DNA of 62,398 nt, counting the filler, from Sphacelaria rigidula (taxonomy: Eukaryota), in NCBI GenBank assembly GCA_964200075.2. It is 6 parts of 6 records of this genome, joined end to end, with 100 filler letters (N's around TTAATTAATTAA, not from the genome) between each part and the next. Parts side by side here need not be neighbours in the genome. Positions count along the whole stretch, not along the records: positions 20,835 to 31,151 come from CAXNAA020006733.1; positions 31,252 to 41,567 come from CAXNAA020006734.1; 4 more parts are not named here. The stretch is one strand, 5' to 3'. Each line of letters starts with the position of its first letter. Within the stretch, counting starts at the first letter, position 1. Under the pieces are notes generated by a model. The model searched no databases and was not told the DNA's origin. It worked only from the letters and a program-made list of their open reading frames with translations. The position numbers and the translations under genes were made by a program. Positions 23,281-36,610 of this stretch are shown one piece after another.

Positions 23281-24699
23281 TTATACGGGGTTTAGGCTGC
23301 TGTGGAAAACCACCAAGTTTGATTTCGAGTCACCGTTCGAGTCCTACAGCATGGATTGTACAGCAGCATCACGGGACGACGGAGCCATGACTGAAAACAG
23401 AGCACACGAATTACGGTAGCCGCATAGCCTCAGGGCAGTGTCGCAATAGCCCGTTGACTAACTTAGTCTACAACAAACGTTCTTCAGGATGTCACAAGAA
23501 ACAGCGGCGAAACAGCAACCATCCGTCAGAGTAGCGCGCAGCAACAGGGTTGTGAATTCACCGTTGCGCATGTCTGCGGCTTTCTACAAAACCACCCTAA
23601 GGGCCAAAGAAGCTACGTGGGAGCACAAGGGGCGTACTCTGGTCTTCGATTCCAAAGAGAGGGTTCGGGGTCCTCATCCTCAGGTGTCAAATGTGCCTAC
23701 ACCGTGTCCCGGTAAACCCCCCCACACACACACAGACCCGCGTAGGGAGACATACCCGCGTGTATCCAAGGCCAATCAGGGCATATTATCGACTGCTAAA
23801 CTGTTGGTGAGTACTTACGCAGACTTTGTACTCCAACGACCGTCAGGAGGGGGCGTACTCATTTGTTGCTTGCCTTAGTCGTTTGACCATTGACCATGCA
23901 TCCCTTGCCAGACGGAGCAACGCGACGACCGTCAGGGCAAGAAGAAACTGTCGATATCCTACGAAAATAGGTTTTCAAGAGATGTGTGCGTTTTTCGACC
24001 CGATGACGTCAGTATCGAGGCAAAAATACGGCCTGGAATATAAGCTTTCCGAATATCACCTTGGGGTCGTTATCAACGCAAGGACTGAGAGAGTTACGCC
24101 TCTCCCCGTGGCCGGCATTGCGCCCCTTTTGTGCAGCGGTGAAATCTTCTCTCTGATGAGAGAACCCCGGGAAAAAAAAAAGTAATTTCATAGTCAGAGT
24201 GGAATAATTTCAGAATGAAAGCTTTTGAAAGTTCGCTGGGCGCTGACAAGTCCAAAGCGGAAGCTGATGTGACGTGGCTTGAAGTGGATTTCTTTGTCGC
24301 AGTGATTGGTCGCAGGTTGCCCCGTCAACAGTACGATCGACCAGCGTACTCTTCAAAAACGCATAGGTCAGCACAGCACTGACTATACAACCGTACTCGT
24401 AGCGAGTCTGCGTTGTGCCGTACCCTGCTGCACCGTACCGTACCGTACACTCCTCGTCAATGCACTTGCACCACTTCACTGTACTACGGTGCACTACAAG
24501 GCACTGCAGTGCTGTGCAGTTTACAGTACAGACAGTGCTCTGCACATACCTTTAGTACATTGCGGTAGGGTGAAGTACAGCGATACCGTACAGACAGTAC
24601 GGCAGTACCTCCAAACAACAGACAACGCCGCATTGCAATGATTTTCCAACATGCCACCCATAATGGTGGTGCACGACGTCATGACCTCTAACGGAATGG

Positions 24700-25225
24700 C
24701 AATGTGGCCAGATGCAGAATTGCTTGTGCGCTTTAGACTACGAATCGTTCACATCGTCTTCCAGCTGTGACTAGCAAGAGTGAGGAGCTGTACCCGAGGC
24801 AACGTCTTATACCCGCCGAGCATATACATTTATACATTTCACGCAACACAACCAAGCGAATGCTGATGCCATGGCGACAGGGAGGCCCTCTGATTGCAAT
24901 GCCAAGCGTTGCTTCTTCGTGACCGGTACATTGTGATGAACACGACAGCTGTGATGGATGTCCCACTTTGCTTGTTGAGGTATATTGATTGTGAAGTGGC
25001 TGTGGCAGTAGTGGTAGAGGTGAAGGTGGTTCTGTTTCGTTCCGCTGTGAAGTTCTAAGAGGCACATCGCTTTTCAGAGTGGAGTGCTCCAAAACAGGAT
25101 GCTGACTCTAAAAAGTTGACTCTTGATTTATTTTCAAAATGGAACGTACACCATTACCGGCTTTTTCCTCCCACTCTGACTCTTCATTGCGGAAAAACAA
25201 TTTCTGTAACTCTTCATTAACACTG
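24700..25225 (+). mobile_element. hAT 3' fragment (decayed dimerisation domain plus right end)
   Basis: WPDAELLVRF…SSSC…RQRLIPAEHIHLYISRN resembles the hAT C-terminus. Repeated GACTCT subterminal motifs end in TTAACACTG (reverse complement CAGTGTTAA). Confidence 0.55.
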
Positions 25226-26939
25226 TTTTAGAGTGCATTTAGCCGCTAGGTCGAAGCCTGACAGGGTCTGTCGGCATATCACCATAATTCTGGCTGAAAA
25301 TTAACCGAAGTGAGCAACACGTTGCGGACTCCATCTTTGCACAATATCCTCGTTAGACATGCCCTGCAGCCGTCGTTTGGTGTTGAATCTCGCCCTTCAC
25401 CAGTAGCACGGGGGTGCTGAATGATGTCCGCGGCAACCTGCCTTCTGTGAGTGCGTGTGTGTTCCATGTGTGTGTTTCGAGCCTTATCCGTCCCCGCCCT
25501 GAAAAACACATCGATCCGACGGTTTCAAAGCAAAAAATGTTCTCGCTCAGCAACCACTTTCTCCCGCCCACTAGAGAACTTGTTGTCGATCTTGAGTAAA
25601 ATATTCATTTGGTCTTGGTGTACCAAAAATATCATAAGCTAATCCTGTGCTGATAAATAACCAACCAGAAATAAATAAAGAAGGAATTGTAATACTGTGA
25701 ATAATCCAATAACGTACACTTGTTATAATATCAGAAAAAGGACGTTATTTTGTTTTTAGTATGACGCGTTTTTCGTTGTCACCAGACCTGCATACCTCGA
25801 AATCAAAGAGGCCTGTGTAACCACATTTTCTAGGGATGCTTGCGGCATTCTACATGTTCAACGACTCTTCAGTTGTGATTTCGACTGATAAGGCTCAATT
25901 TGGGAAACGGGGGATGACTCAGAGGAGACTAACGCGATTCGATTCGGAGAATGACGATGGCTATTTCGACGACTACGAGTAGCACAACTAAGAGCGCTAT
26001 TCCTTTGGCGTGTGCCCACTCCATGTAGCTATTGGCCGTACTGTTTCGAAATGCGGTACTGGTGCGTAGCTCTCTGTGTGCTACACCTTGTAAATAAGTC
26101 TTGCTCTGGTCAGAGGCTTGTTCACGCTCATCACCCAAAATTCACTCAGTCAAAAGTGTTTCGCCAACTCTTGGAGCAAGACTCAGAATTTCCACACACA
26201 TGGCATAGAAGATCACGAAACTTTGTATGAACGGGGTCTTCCTGTTTTTTCTTCGCCGGTTATCCGGAGTCCCAGGGTCCTGGGGGGCCACATGCCCTTT
26301 TGGGAGCCCCGATAACTGGCGAAAAGAATAAAAATCAAAAGACCTCATTCAAGCAAACTTTCGCCATGTCCGATCTTACATGTGTGCAAAGTTCCAGAGT
26401 CCGACTCCACAACTTGGCCTGAACATTTGCGCTTTTGTGCGATGAAGTGAGCTTGAAACGTGCAAATTCATAACTATTTGATTCTAGTATGAAACGTCTC
26501 TTCCGCGTGTAGTCGACGGTAACGCAAAAAAAAACGCATCAGGGTTTCGGGTTTCGCAACCAAACTCTGTACACGTGTTCCTTGAACCAGCCCCAGAACG
26601 CGACGCATTGTTTTATCCTCTTTATTTTGAGGCATTATGTGCCGGGTTTCGGGGGGTCTCAGCTTGAAGATCCCCTGAAGCCGGTAAAGAGCGGAGTGAC
26701 TTTCAGGAAAATTCAACAACCTATGTACATTTTTCTTTTCCATTTGGAGCAGCAAGACCTTCCGAAAGGCCAAGTCTGAGGACAGCCCAAGCTATTCAAC
26801 GACATATACAAGGGAAACTGTCGGGAGGCTTTCTGGGTCTTTGATGTCCATCATTAGCGGAAATCCTACGACGCCAAAACCCCACATCATCCAAACACGA
26901 CGGTTTGGAGGTGTAGCTCGATCCCGGAAAATAATGTAT

Positions 26940-29396
26940 GTGCACCCGGGTACCCCTTCGAATTACATGCGCACCCTGGGATGATGGCAAAAACACGTGC
27001 TGCTGGTCAGTGGCGCATGAGCCCCTCCTCGACCGCGACAGCGGATCACTCGCCATCGGGGTCAGCACAGCCAACGCAGATTAGAGTACAGTACGGTGCA
27101 GTACAGGAACACGACGTTGACCTCTCTCTCAACACTAGTCGCGTGGGCGACTTCCCTTCGTCCTCGTGACGTCCCACTGCCAGCTCGAAAATTTAAAAAG
27201 GCTCCGTGTTATTCCGAATAACAAAGCCCGACACTCTAGGCTCGCTTGCTTCCCATCCATGTATAATGCACTCCAACAAATTATGGAGGGAAAAGCTGCT
27301 GCTTGTGTAGCCAGCCGCACAGAGAACCCAAGGTAGAGAGCGTGGTGTGTACCTGAACAGACAATATCATGAAGACTCTATTATGCTGTTTTGTTTGATA
27401 GCTATGCTGAGTGTATCGGTACAGCCATGTGCGCCGTGTCATCTCTACAGCATCCGTCCGCTGTTCGGGAAGCATGAAACACGTATCACCCCCAGGGTAG
27501 GTCCTCTGTTGCTTCGGCAAAATTTTTGCTTGAGAAAGGCACAAGGCCCATACATGGGGGGGAATTTTTGTAGTGAAACGTGAAATTCAACCTGGCAGAG
27601 GCCCCTCAGTGAGGAATCGGCGGAATCTAGCGCCAATGAAATGCGACCTTCGTAGTGAATTATGTGGTGAAAAATGCTTGTGATCGGATCGCACACTCGA
27701 GTCACACCCGTAGTGTACGTACATGCTACAGTATAGGAGTGAACAGTAGAGCCGGGACGGATAGAATATTAGGAAGAAAACGAAGCTGCCAGCAGACAAG
27801 AAGACAGCGATGGGTACGTTGTCACCGCAGGGCGTCATAGCGATGCTCGTGTATCGGTATATCCCCATCTTAGTATCGCTGGTTGTGTCTTTGTGTCGCC
27901 GCGAGAGCTGGCGCCGATGCCAGCGGCAGCGGCCGTCATGCTGACGGGGGCAAGCAGTACCCTGGCGGTGCAGTATGTCCGCACTATGCTGTGGGTTGGT
28001 CATTTCATCGGAGCACGGGGTCTGGTCCAACCGGTCGAGCGGTGTGCACCGGCGCTGGCTGTGTGTCTTTACCCAGCCATGTTCGGTATCGCGCGAATGA
28101 TGGGTCTGGGTAACGTGAAGCTTCCAAATTTCAAGTGTGTAGACAGCACTGGGTCCCGACTGACAGTATATTCAACAATACAGCAGCTCAGGCAATCTCA
28201 GCGGAGACCAAACCGTCTTCGCAAGGTATAAACACACCACACACCAGTGATAGCTACTGCACATGAGAGCGTACGCGAGTGTGTTCGTGCTGCAGTACAG
28301 TGAAACAAGACATGTCTCATGTTTCAGTTCTTCGCCTACATAAAACGAGTCCTCCGTGTTTGCCGGGTGCCGATCTTGAACGCTCGGCCATAATCGCGGT
28401 AAGCGCAAATACTTAAATTCACCAAAAAATATCATCCCCATGTATGGATCTTGTGCCCTGAGAAATGAGCACAAGACCCAAATGACCCACACTGGCGATC
28501 GAAGGGATAAAGTTAGAGCTATTGGCAGGGAGGGGTCATGCTCTCCGGGGGTTTGGTGAAATCTGATCCTTCAGTGATACATACCCCTAGAGGAAGGGAA
28601 GGAACGCAGTAGGGGCGATCATACCATAGTCATATGACCCTTGACCTCGCATCTCTAGAAAGCCGGGACGAAGCACGCCGGGCTTCCGCCGGACCAGGCT
28701 TGCAACGCAGTAGAGGGGGAGAGAGAACAATACATTGTACTATACTGTACAGCATTGTATTGTCCTATGCGTATTGGTTGGGTTTCGCCTACCTAGCTTT
28801 GTCATGTGCACCGTACTACACATCACCCCTCAGTTCTCAAGTGAAAATTCTGCCGATGTAACAGAGGACCTACCCTGGGGGTGCTACGTGCTTCATGCTT
28901 CCTGAACAGCGGACGGATGCTGTGACGACGGCTCGGCGCACATGACTGTACCGATACACGCAGCATAACCAACAGACAGGAGAACATAACAGATGTCTGT
29001 TCTACCTTGGGTTTTCTGTGCGGCTAGCTACACAAGCGGCTTCTCTTCTATTCATTATTTGTCAGCGTGCGTCATACGTGGACGGGAAGCAAGCGAGCGT
29101 AGAATTTCGAGCTTTGATATTGGTAACAACACGGAGCATTTTCTGAATTTTCGAGCTAGCAGCGGGAGGTTACGAGGGCAAAGGGAAGTCGATCACGCAA
29201 CTAGCGGTGGGAGAAGAGACAACAACATGTTTCTGTACTGCGCCGTACTGTAATCTGCGTTGGTTGTGCTAACCCCGATAGAAAGTGTGATCCAGGTGTC
29301 GCGGTCGTGAGGGGTCATACGGCACCGACCAGCCGCACATGTTTCTGCCATCATCCCAGAGTGCACACGGAACTCGAAGGAGCACCCGGGTGCATG
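26940..29396. repeat. Long diverged inverted repeat (arms ~26940-27576 and ~28418-29396)
   Basis: Colinear reverse-complement matches over more than 600 bp, e.g. CACCCCCAGGGTAGGTCCTCTGTT vs AACAGAGGACCTACCCTGGGGGTG, and CTGGGATGATGGCA vs TGCCATCATCCCAG. Right arm interrupted at 28458-28833. Confidence 0.88.
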
Positions 29397-29614
29397 TGAT
29401 CTCTCTCCTCGATCCCTTAGTAGCCCTTTTCAAATCTGTTTTTCCTGTTAGATTCCCGAGCTGATAGCGTTTGTCGCGATTTGAAGCATATCGAGATTGA
29501 GTAGAAATTGGGTTGGGAACTCGTGAAATTAATTTCGGAACGACTCAAAGGGCGCTGATTGGTTGAGGTACCTTTTCGCCCTTTGCGCCTCCGCTCAGGC
29601 CGTGTCTTCAGCCG

Positions 29615-30074
29615 CTCCTTATAACAGGCAAGAATAAAAACCCGGCACAAGGGCCTTTTTGGAGCTTTCACGTCGTTTTACGCTCTATACGAGAGCTAGG
29701 CGGAGTTTGACACCTTGAGATGACTTGTACTACCCCTTGAGATGGTTCCAGGACATCTTCGCGTTTTCCGGTGGCCGCAGTTTTTGTTCTGGCCGAACAA
29801 GCAGTTTTGTCCAGAGACGGCCAGGTCCAGAGAAAAGTGGCGTTTTTTCCAGGTTTGACCGTCTTTGACCGTTCTTGGACAAAAATGCTTGTTTGGCCAA
29901 AACAAAAACTGCGGCTACCGGAAAACGGGAAGACGTCCTGGAACCACCTCAACGAGTAGAGCAAATCATTCCAAGGTGTCAAACTCCGCCTAGCTCTATT
30001 CTAGGGCGTAAAACGACGTGCAAGCTCCAAACAGGCACATTTCCATTTATTTATTTTTTGTCTCTTATAAGGAG
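29615..30074. repeat. Long imperfect palindrome A
   Basis: Arms ~200 bp, e.g. GAGCTAGGCGGAGTTTGACACCTTG vs CAAGGTGTCAAACTCCGCCTAGCTC; centre ~29840. Confidence 0.93.
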
Positions 30075-30272
30075 AGGCCTTACTGAGTCAAAAAAAAAAA
30101 AAAGCACGGAGAAGAACAAGCGTCCAGAAGCAGCATGTTGATAAGTCGACGCAATCATCGACCCGCCCGACGGCCAATCAACTTGCTGCTTTGGACGCTT
30201 GTTCCTCTTCGTGCTTGTTATTTTTGTCTCGATAAGGGCGTGTCTTGGGGTGTGTCTTGGTACATTAGTTCT

Positions 30273-30411
30273 CGATCGAAAAAGTGCAGTGGAAAACAGA
30301 AATCCCGACCTGAGAGGTCGTAATCTCAACCATCGCTGTTAATGTTGAAGATGGTTGAAATAACGACCTCTCAGGTCGGGATTTTTATTTTCCACTGCAC
30401 ATTTTCGATCG
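30273..30411. repeat. Palindrome B
   Basis: ATCCCGACCTGAGAGGTCGT vs ACGACCTCTCAGGTCGGGAT, ~60-bp arms; partial copy at ~30450-30540. Confidence 0.9.
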
Positions 30412-30558
30412 GAAATGTGCGGTGGAGACGGACAACTCAGGCATGATAGATCATGATTTCAACCATCTTCAAAATTAACGACGATGGTTGAAATCGCGAC
30501 CTATCAGATCGAGATTTTGTTTTCCACCGCACACCGTCGATAAAAAACTAATATGCTA

Positions 30559-31031
30559 AGGCTACTTCTTATGTATCGAAAAGTAAAAGTTGTTGGAAAG
30601 TGCTTTTTTGGCCCTTCTTCGTCGTGTTTGTCCCCAAAAGAGGGCTAGGCGAATGTGGACACCTCGGAATGACTTGCTCTACTCGCTGAGACTGTTCCAG
30701 ACCACCTTTGCGTTTTCTCCAGGTCACAGTTTCGTTCTTGGCCAAAAATGCATTTTCAATAACAAACGGTCGAGTTATTGAAAAAATGGCAGTTTTTCCC
30801 CTGTTTTTCCATAACTCGACCGTTTGTTACTGAAAATGCATTTTTGGCCAAGAACGAAACTGTGACCTAGAGAAAACGCAAAGGTGCTCTGGAACGGTCT
30901 CAGCGAGTAGAGCAAGTTATTCCAAGGTGTCCACATTCGCCTAGCCCCTCTTTCGGGGGCAAAAACGACGGAGAAGGGCCAAAAAAGCACTTTTCAACAA
31001 CTTTTACTTTTCGATACACAAGAAGTAGCCT
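30559..31031. repeat. Long imperfect palindrome C (homologous to A)
   Basis: Arms ~225 bp, e.g. AGGCTACTTCTT vs AAGAAGTAGCCT and TAACAAACGGTCGAGTTAT vs ATAACTCGACCGTTTGTTA; centre ~30795. Confidence 0.93.
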
Positions 31032-31151
31032 AAGGGCGTGTTTCGGCACATCACTTTTCGATCGAAAAAGTGCGGTAGAAAACAAAAAGGGCAATGGCCT
31101 AGAAAAGGTATACCTTCTCGTTTTTTGCCCAAGAAAGGTACGAAAAATGGC

Positions 31152-31251
31152 NNNNNNNNNNNNNNNNNNNNNNNNNNNNNNNNNNNNNNNNNNNNTTAAT
31201 TAATTAANNNNNNNNNNNNNNNNNNNNNNNNNNNNNNNNNNNNNNNNNNNN
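31152..31251. other. Artificial scaffold spacer
   Basis: Same linker. Confidence 0.97.
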
Positions 31252-31946
31252 CACTGATTGACCGCTTTTCACTCTCAATCGTATCATCTACTCTCAATCT
31301 CACGAAAACACTGTTATGTGTGCTGTGTTGTCGTCCAATATATTCTAGGCCTAGTCCACACCTTTCCGGTTCGTGGGTTGTGGGCGCATCAGTCGGAGTC
31401 AGACAGGCAGGAGGAGGGTCACACCAAGGTCACGCCAAGAAGTTGTTTTTCCATCCTTCTTCTCCGGTGCTTGTTTCCTTTTAACCGCGAAATGGGTTTC
31501 GCGAGATCTTCCCCTCGTCGACCGTGAAGTCAAATCCAGGTGTACTCATGATCGCTCTCTTCTTTCGCGCTTCGTGAATGTAAAACCGCACATCGTGCGA
31601 CTTCACCAAGGTTCGAACTCACGTCTCAATCGTCTAAAAAAAGTCTCCAGTTTACGAGTATTCCAATTGAGCCACGGGGACGACCGGTCATGACGCCGGA
31701 AAATAAATGTGAACGAGAAGAGTACACACATCATGTATATAATATGTCCCCAATTGCTTCCAAGTTAGTGCAAAGGCACAGTGTGGTTTCCCTGCTAATC
31801 TCGAGTATGTATATTCGGGACTGTTATTTCTCAAACTTCCAACACATTTAACGCCACATATTGTCAGGTGCTCATGCGCGGGACGCCGTGGTGAGTCCAC
31901 GCGCGCGACATTGTGGAGTGTCCACCGGACGCAGATATGGTCAATG

Positions 31947-32159
31947 TGTAATGCATGGGAGGACCGCACGCGTTTTTGATCGCAGCGGAGTTCAAACACC
32001 CTCATGGTTGGGGTTAGGGTTCGGGTTAGCGGTAGGGTCAGGGTCAGGGGCGCAGTCCCTGCAGGGACTGGCCCGAGCGGTCTTGAAAAACGTCGATCCT
32101 GGGGTGCTCAAATTCCTATGCGGTCCAAAAAGCACGCGGGCCACCCACACATCCTCACA
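31947..32159 (-). mobile_element. Telomeric-repeat-bearing MITE, diverged subfamily copy
   Basis: Starts TGTAATGCATGGGAGGACCGC with an internal GGGTTA/GGGTCA array and the shared TTGAAAAACGTCGATCCT motif. Right TIR degenerate (alternative end GCATTACA at 32229). Confidence 0.78.
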
Positions 32160-35016
32160 CTTGTGCAACGTGCATTGCAGCAGACATTGCGCAGTGCCTC
32201 GGCGCGGACCTTGTGCAGGGTGCATTACACAAGATGGGTTACTAGACTAGACTGTGTAATCCGGGAACATCGCGACCGGCAGCCGTAACTCTCCACCTTA
32301 CGGTGACGCACGAAATACAGTAGTCAGTCTGAGATGTTACACACATCTACATTACAGAAACGGCTGGGCTCCAGAATACGGATAGACGATATATGTTACA
32401 GAACGTCGGTCGTGGACGGCCCATATACGGCCACCCAACGGCCACCAGTGCACGTTCCATCCTTATTCCACGGGGCCACGAACCCGAAGTGAACAAAAAC
32501 AGAACATAGTTGGATCCGAATACGACGATAGTGGCCAGATCACCCATCTTTCGTAGAATACAGCAGTGCGCACGATGGTGATGCATTCGTATCGTAGTAT
32601 CGCTCCACACACCACATGCATCCACCCCCTCTCTGACCTTCCACAAGCAACCCTTCTGCACCGCCTCCCTCGCGACAAGATAGCATAAAACTGAACCGCG
32701 AAACAGGGCGAGCTGCACGTGCTTGTACCCGTTTTCAGACATGCTTGTACCTTGCCATGCCGACATTTAGTAGCATGCAACCTGCGGCCAATCACTGCGG
32801 ACAAAAAAGCTACATCAACCCACGTCACGTCAGTTCCACCCTGAAGTTTTCGAAAGCTTCGATGCAACCTGAAGTTTTTGCGCCATGGTTCAAGTCTGAT
32901 CCTGAAACAATATTAAAAAAATTCCGAAGCTCTCCAAATGTAGATGCCCACCACCCTCGAGATAAATTTTGCATGCACTCATTCGACAATAACTGATGCA
33001 ATGTTGTATGAAAACCGACTGTGATGGTATACGACGCCTGTTGCAGCTCGAATTTCTCCCCTCTTCTGTTGGTGCGCATTAGCGGGGCACGCCCTCTCTA
33101 CACACACGCAAACCCCTAGGTGTCCTTTCCTTGCCCTTCTGCACTGCTTCCAAGGCTTGTTTGTGAAAGTTGAAAAAACAAGACCGCACACAGACAGAGG
33201 GGATTCATGGAAACGGTGAACGTTCGTGGACACAAAAGCAAATTATTGAGGTGAGTGACTAGATCTGAGTGACTAGATCCCACATCTCAGCACCCTTTCT
33301 TCGCTGGGACAAGTGGAAAATTTTGCGCATACATGCGCCGGTCATTATGTTTATGGCATGAAGGAACGGTTACGATGTCCGTTTGAAGTTGCGCGAGGAT
33401 GGGAGGACCAGTCGCACTTCATATTTACCCCGAAAAGTACATTTCGCGAGACGTTCTCATGGAGAAGGATATGCCGGCATTTTTCTTGTCTTGGAACTCT
33501 TCCTTTTTTCCCCATGAAATCAAGTGAAATCCAGTAAAGTGGAAAATAAACCCGCCTGTGCACGCTCCCGGTGCCTTGGCGCAGAGCACACTTTCCTAGA
33601 TATCGCCCACATATATCCGCGACGGGACACGGGTTCAGGTGGATCCAGTCGTTACCGTCTCTCACATGTGAAGCCATACCTGACCCTTGCTCCCCCACCG
33701 CTCTCAAATGTCATCTTGTCGGACCGTTTGCGAGCGCGTGATTCATCCATAGCTCTTATCAACTGTAGCAGCAGTGGGCTGCTCGAACTCGGTAACAGGG
33801 AGCGAAGAGGTTGTGCGCGACCACAAGCAGGGGGGTGTCGTTCTTCTAAATACAGATGGAACATCAGGTAAGTCGGTATGCCTTCATCACACAGCGTTCA
33901 TGTTACTATTATACCACGAATCAGAAGACATGACAAAAGAGTCCTCAGAGGAGTCCGCTCTTGTCATACACTTTGCCACGGATGACCGAAAGCGCCGATG
34001 TATCCTGTGTTCCTGCAGGCTGGTTCCTCTTAGTGTAACAGTAGCGAGAAGAATGACAGATCAGAATCGACCACCGAGCTATTCTCTGAAAGGACAGCAT
34101 TCAAACAGGTACATACATAATCTCTCATACGGGTCATGACCACAGCAGTACAGTGATACAACAACAGTACAGGACAGCTCAGCAGCATTGAACAACAACG
34201 CAAAATCCAGAAGTGGTACAGATGGTACATATGACAGTCCTTTATGTGCCCACCTGTACGCGGCTGAGAGGTGACTCCTAGTACAATGCTCGGTCAACAG
34301 CGATGCGTCTTGAGAGTCGTTGCGTCAAAATCCGTCATGGGCAAACAACAAGCAAGCATGTCTACTTGCGGAGAGATGCCCCGCCCGACTCCATGTGATA
34401 TCTGGATCAGATGTACTGTAAGCCACCACTGACTGTGACCGGTGTCGATTTTCGGGCATGCACCTCTTCGCACGGTAAGTATTTGGCACGCACGCCTAGG
34501 GTGCCTATATTTTTGAATAAACACAGCAACGCCCCCAAAGATGAAATGTGGTGGTATCGTGGGGGCGGCGAGGGAAGGTGGTGGGGGGTTTACATCAGGG
34601 CGGTGGTATCCAGCGAATGTCACGCCTCCAAGATGGCCACTTGTTATTCTCCAGCACGAAGCGGAATACTACCCGCCCCGCGAGCGCCCCGACCCCAAAT
34701 CCTCTCGTTCATGGAAGTAGGCGCGTCAGAGCGTGCCACTTTATTGTTGACAGCTGGACTGTTGGAGAATGAGGCGACTGGTCTAGTAGCCTCGTCAGCA
34801 GCATCACGAGAAGCACCACCTTACCCGTGTCTGGTGAAGCACCTATTGGGAAGCCACAAGAATTTGGCAGGAACTTTTACCCACGAGCTTTGCAGGACCG
34901 AGGCACAAACAAACGGCCCCGCCTGGAAATAAAGCCATTTTTTGTCCGAGGTAGTTCATTTAGCCGTGCGTTGCAAACTCGATAATTCGTTGCTGGTCCC
35001 CAGACCCAGTATTAGG

Positions 35017-35333
35017 CAGTGTTGAAAATCGAACAGAATGAAAAGTTCGATACGTACGGATTTTCAAATATGGACGAAAAAATGTCGATATCGATATTTT
35101 TATCGATACTCAGACAATCGCCAACAACCGTTTTTTTTTGTAGTTGTGTGGGCCTTTTTACTGTTTTTGAAGGGTCATTTTTGCAAGAAAAGGGGGGAAC
35201 CGATTATATCAATGCACGACCCCCTCCTTTTCAGCAGACGCCCTCCCCGAGAGAGCCAGATTCCGATACTGAGAATTGCCGAAAATCGCGATCGATACTC
35301 ACTCGATTTTTCGATACACGATTTTCAACAGAG
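35017..35333. mobile_element. hAT-type MITE
   Basis: TIRs CAGTGTTGAAAATCG / CGATTTTCAACAGAG; 8-bp TSD GTATTAGG / GTATCAGG; many subterminal TCGATA motifs. Confidence 0.9.
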
Positions 35334-36292
35334 GTATCAGGCTACGCTTGCTTGTTCCTGTATATATATGTGTCACGTAGTTTCGTTTACTTTTTTCTCA
35401 TAAAAAAAAAGTGGAAACTGCCGTGGAGGGTGATACCTGAAGTTATTATCTTCAAGTACCTGGGGCCCAGGGTAGCTAGTATCCACGCCACGGAAGCAGG
35501 CGGTTCCCGGTACCATGCAAACAGGCACAAGAAGTACATACACTAATTAATGATTTCACTCTTGAACTTTTTTCAACCTCAAGTAAGTGGCAAAAGGTCG
35601 AAAATACACCCCACGGGAGGGCAACACTCGTAGAGACTAGAACTCATAAAATATTATAGTGGCAGATTGTCAAGAGCACAAGGAGAAACGGAACGTGAGG
35701 GGGGGGATGAGCGAAGTATTGAACGAAGGTGGCATGAAATCGTCTGGCGCATTGGACAATAGCGAGAGAATAATGGCCATACTACTACGAGATATATGGT
35801 GGCCACAGACGGCGAAACAGGACGGGGACTAGATATACATGAAAAGGTTTCGCGTAATGTATGGAAGGAACGTTTTGAGCACCGAAGTGTTGGAGGTGTC
35901 TCTACTAGGAGTGGGATTGGTGCTCCATCTCGAACAGGATGCTCGGCCAATGGTCAAACGACGAAGGCAAGCGACGAATAAATGAGTACGCCCCCCTTCC
36001 TCCCCCCCCCTTTCCTTCCCCCCCCCAACGAGCGGGGTGGGGGTGGGGGGAGGGGGGGACTCTGTCTACTAGGCAGGAGTCGTTGTTATCCAGACTGTTA
36101 TTTGGCAGAATTTCCGACTTTTTCGAGAAAATAAAAATTTGCCGAAAAATGTATCAGGAGATTTGTCAACCAGGTCAAGCAATAGTTCAATTTAAGATTG
36201 ACTACGTTTTACCCCGAAAGTTGTGTTTTTTCCATTTCTTTTTGTCTGGAACACTCGGAAATTTTCCGAGAAGTGAAAAAAGTCTCATAGAA

Positions 36293-36610
36293 CCCTTACG
36301 ATGTGAGGGTAGTCCATGTGGATCATACATACTTTTCCCAAGTGAAAACGATGCCGATTCAATGGATGATCTGCTCTCGCCAAGGGAGGCTTGGCCCTCA
36401 GATCGCGGTGCGGGTAGTCCATCTAGATCATGCACGCATACTTTTTCCAAGTGAACATTGATGCCGATGCAGCAGGTGACCTACCCTCGCGGTCAAAGGG
36501 TCAGCCCTTGGACCGCGGTGTCATCAGTCCGACTAGATCACGCACACTTATTTTCAGATAAACATTATTGATGCCGATGCAGCAGGTGACCTACCCTCGC
36601 CATAAAAGGG
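36293..36610. mobile_element. piggyBac-like MITE built from ~3 tandem ~105-112-bp units
   Basis: Ends CCCTTACGATGTGAGGGTAG / CTACCCTCGCCATAAAAGGG. Right flank is TTAA; left flank AGAA is imperfect. GATGCCGAT occurs three times inside. Confidence 0.65.

Noticed and set aside
24150..24180. Hammerhead ribozyme (CTGATGAG…GAAA)
   Set aside because: No stem II pairing and no stem III or cleavage triplet.
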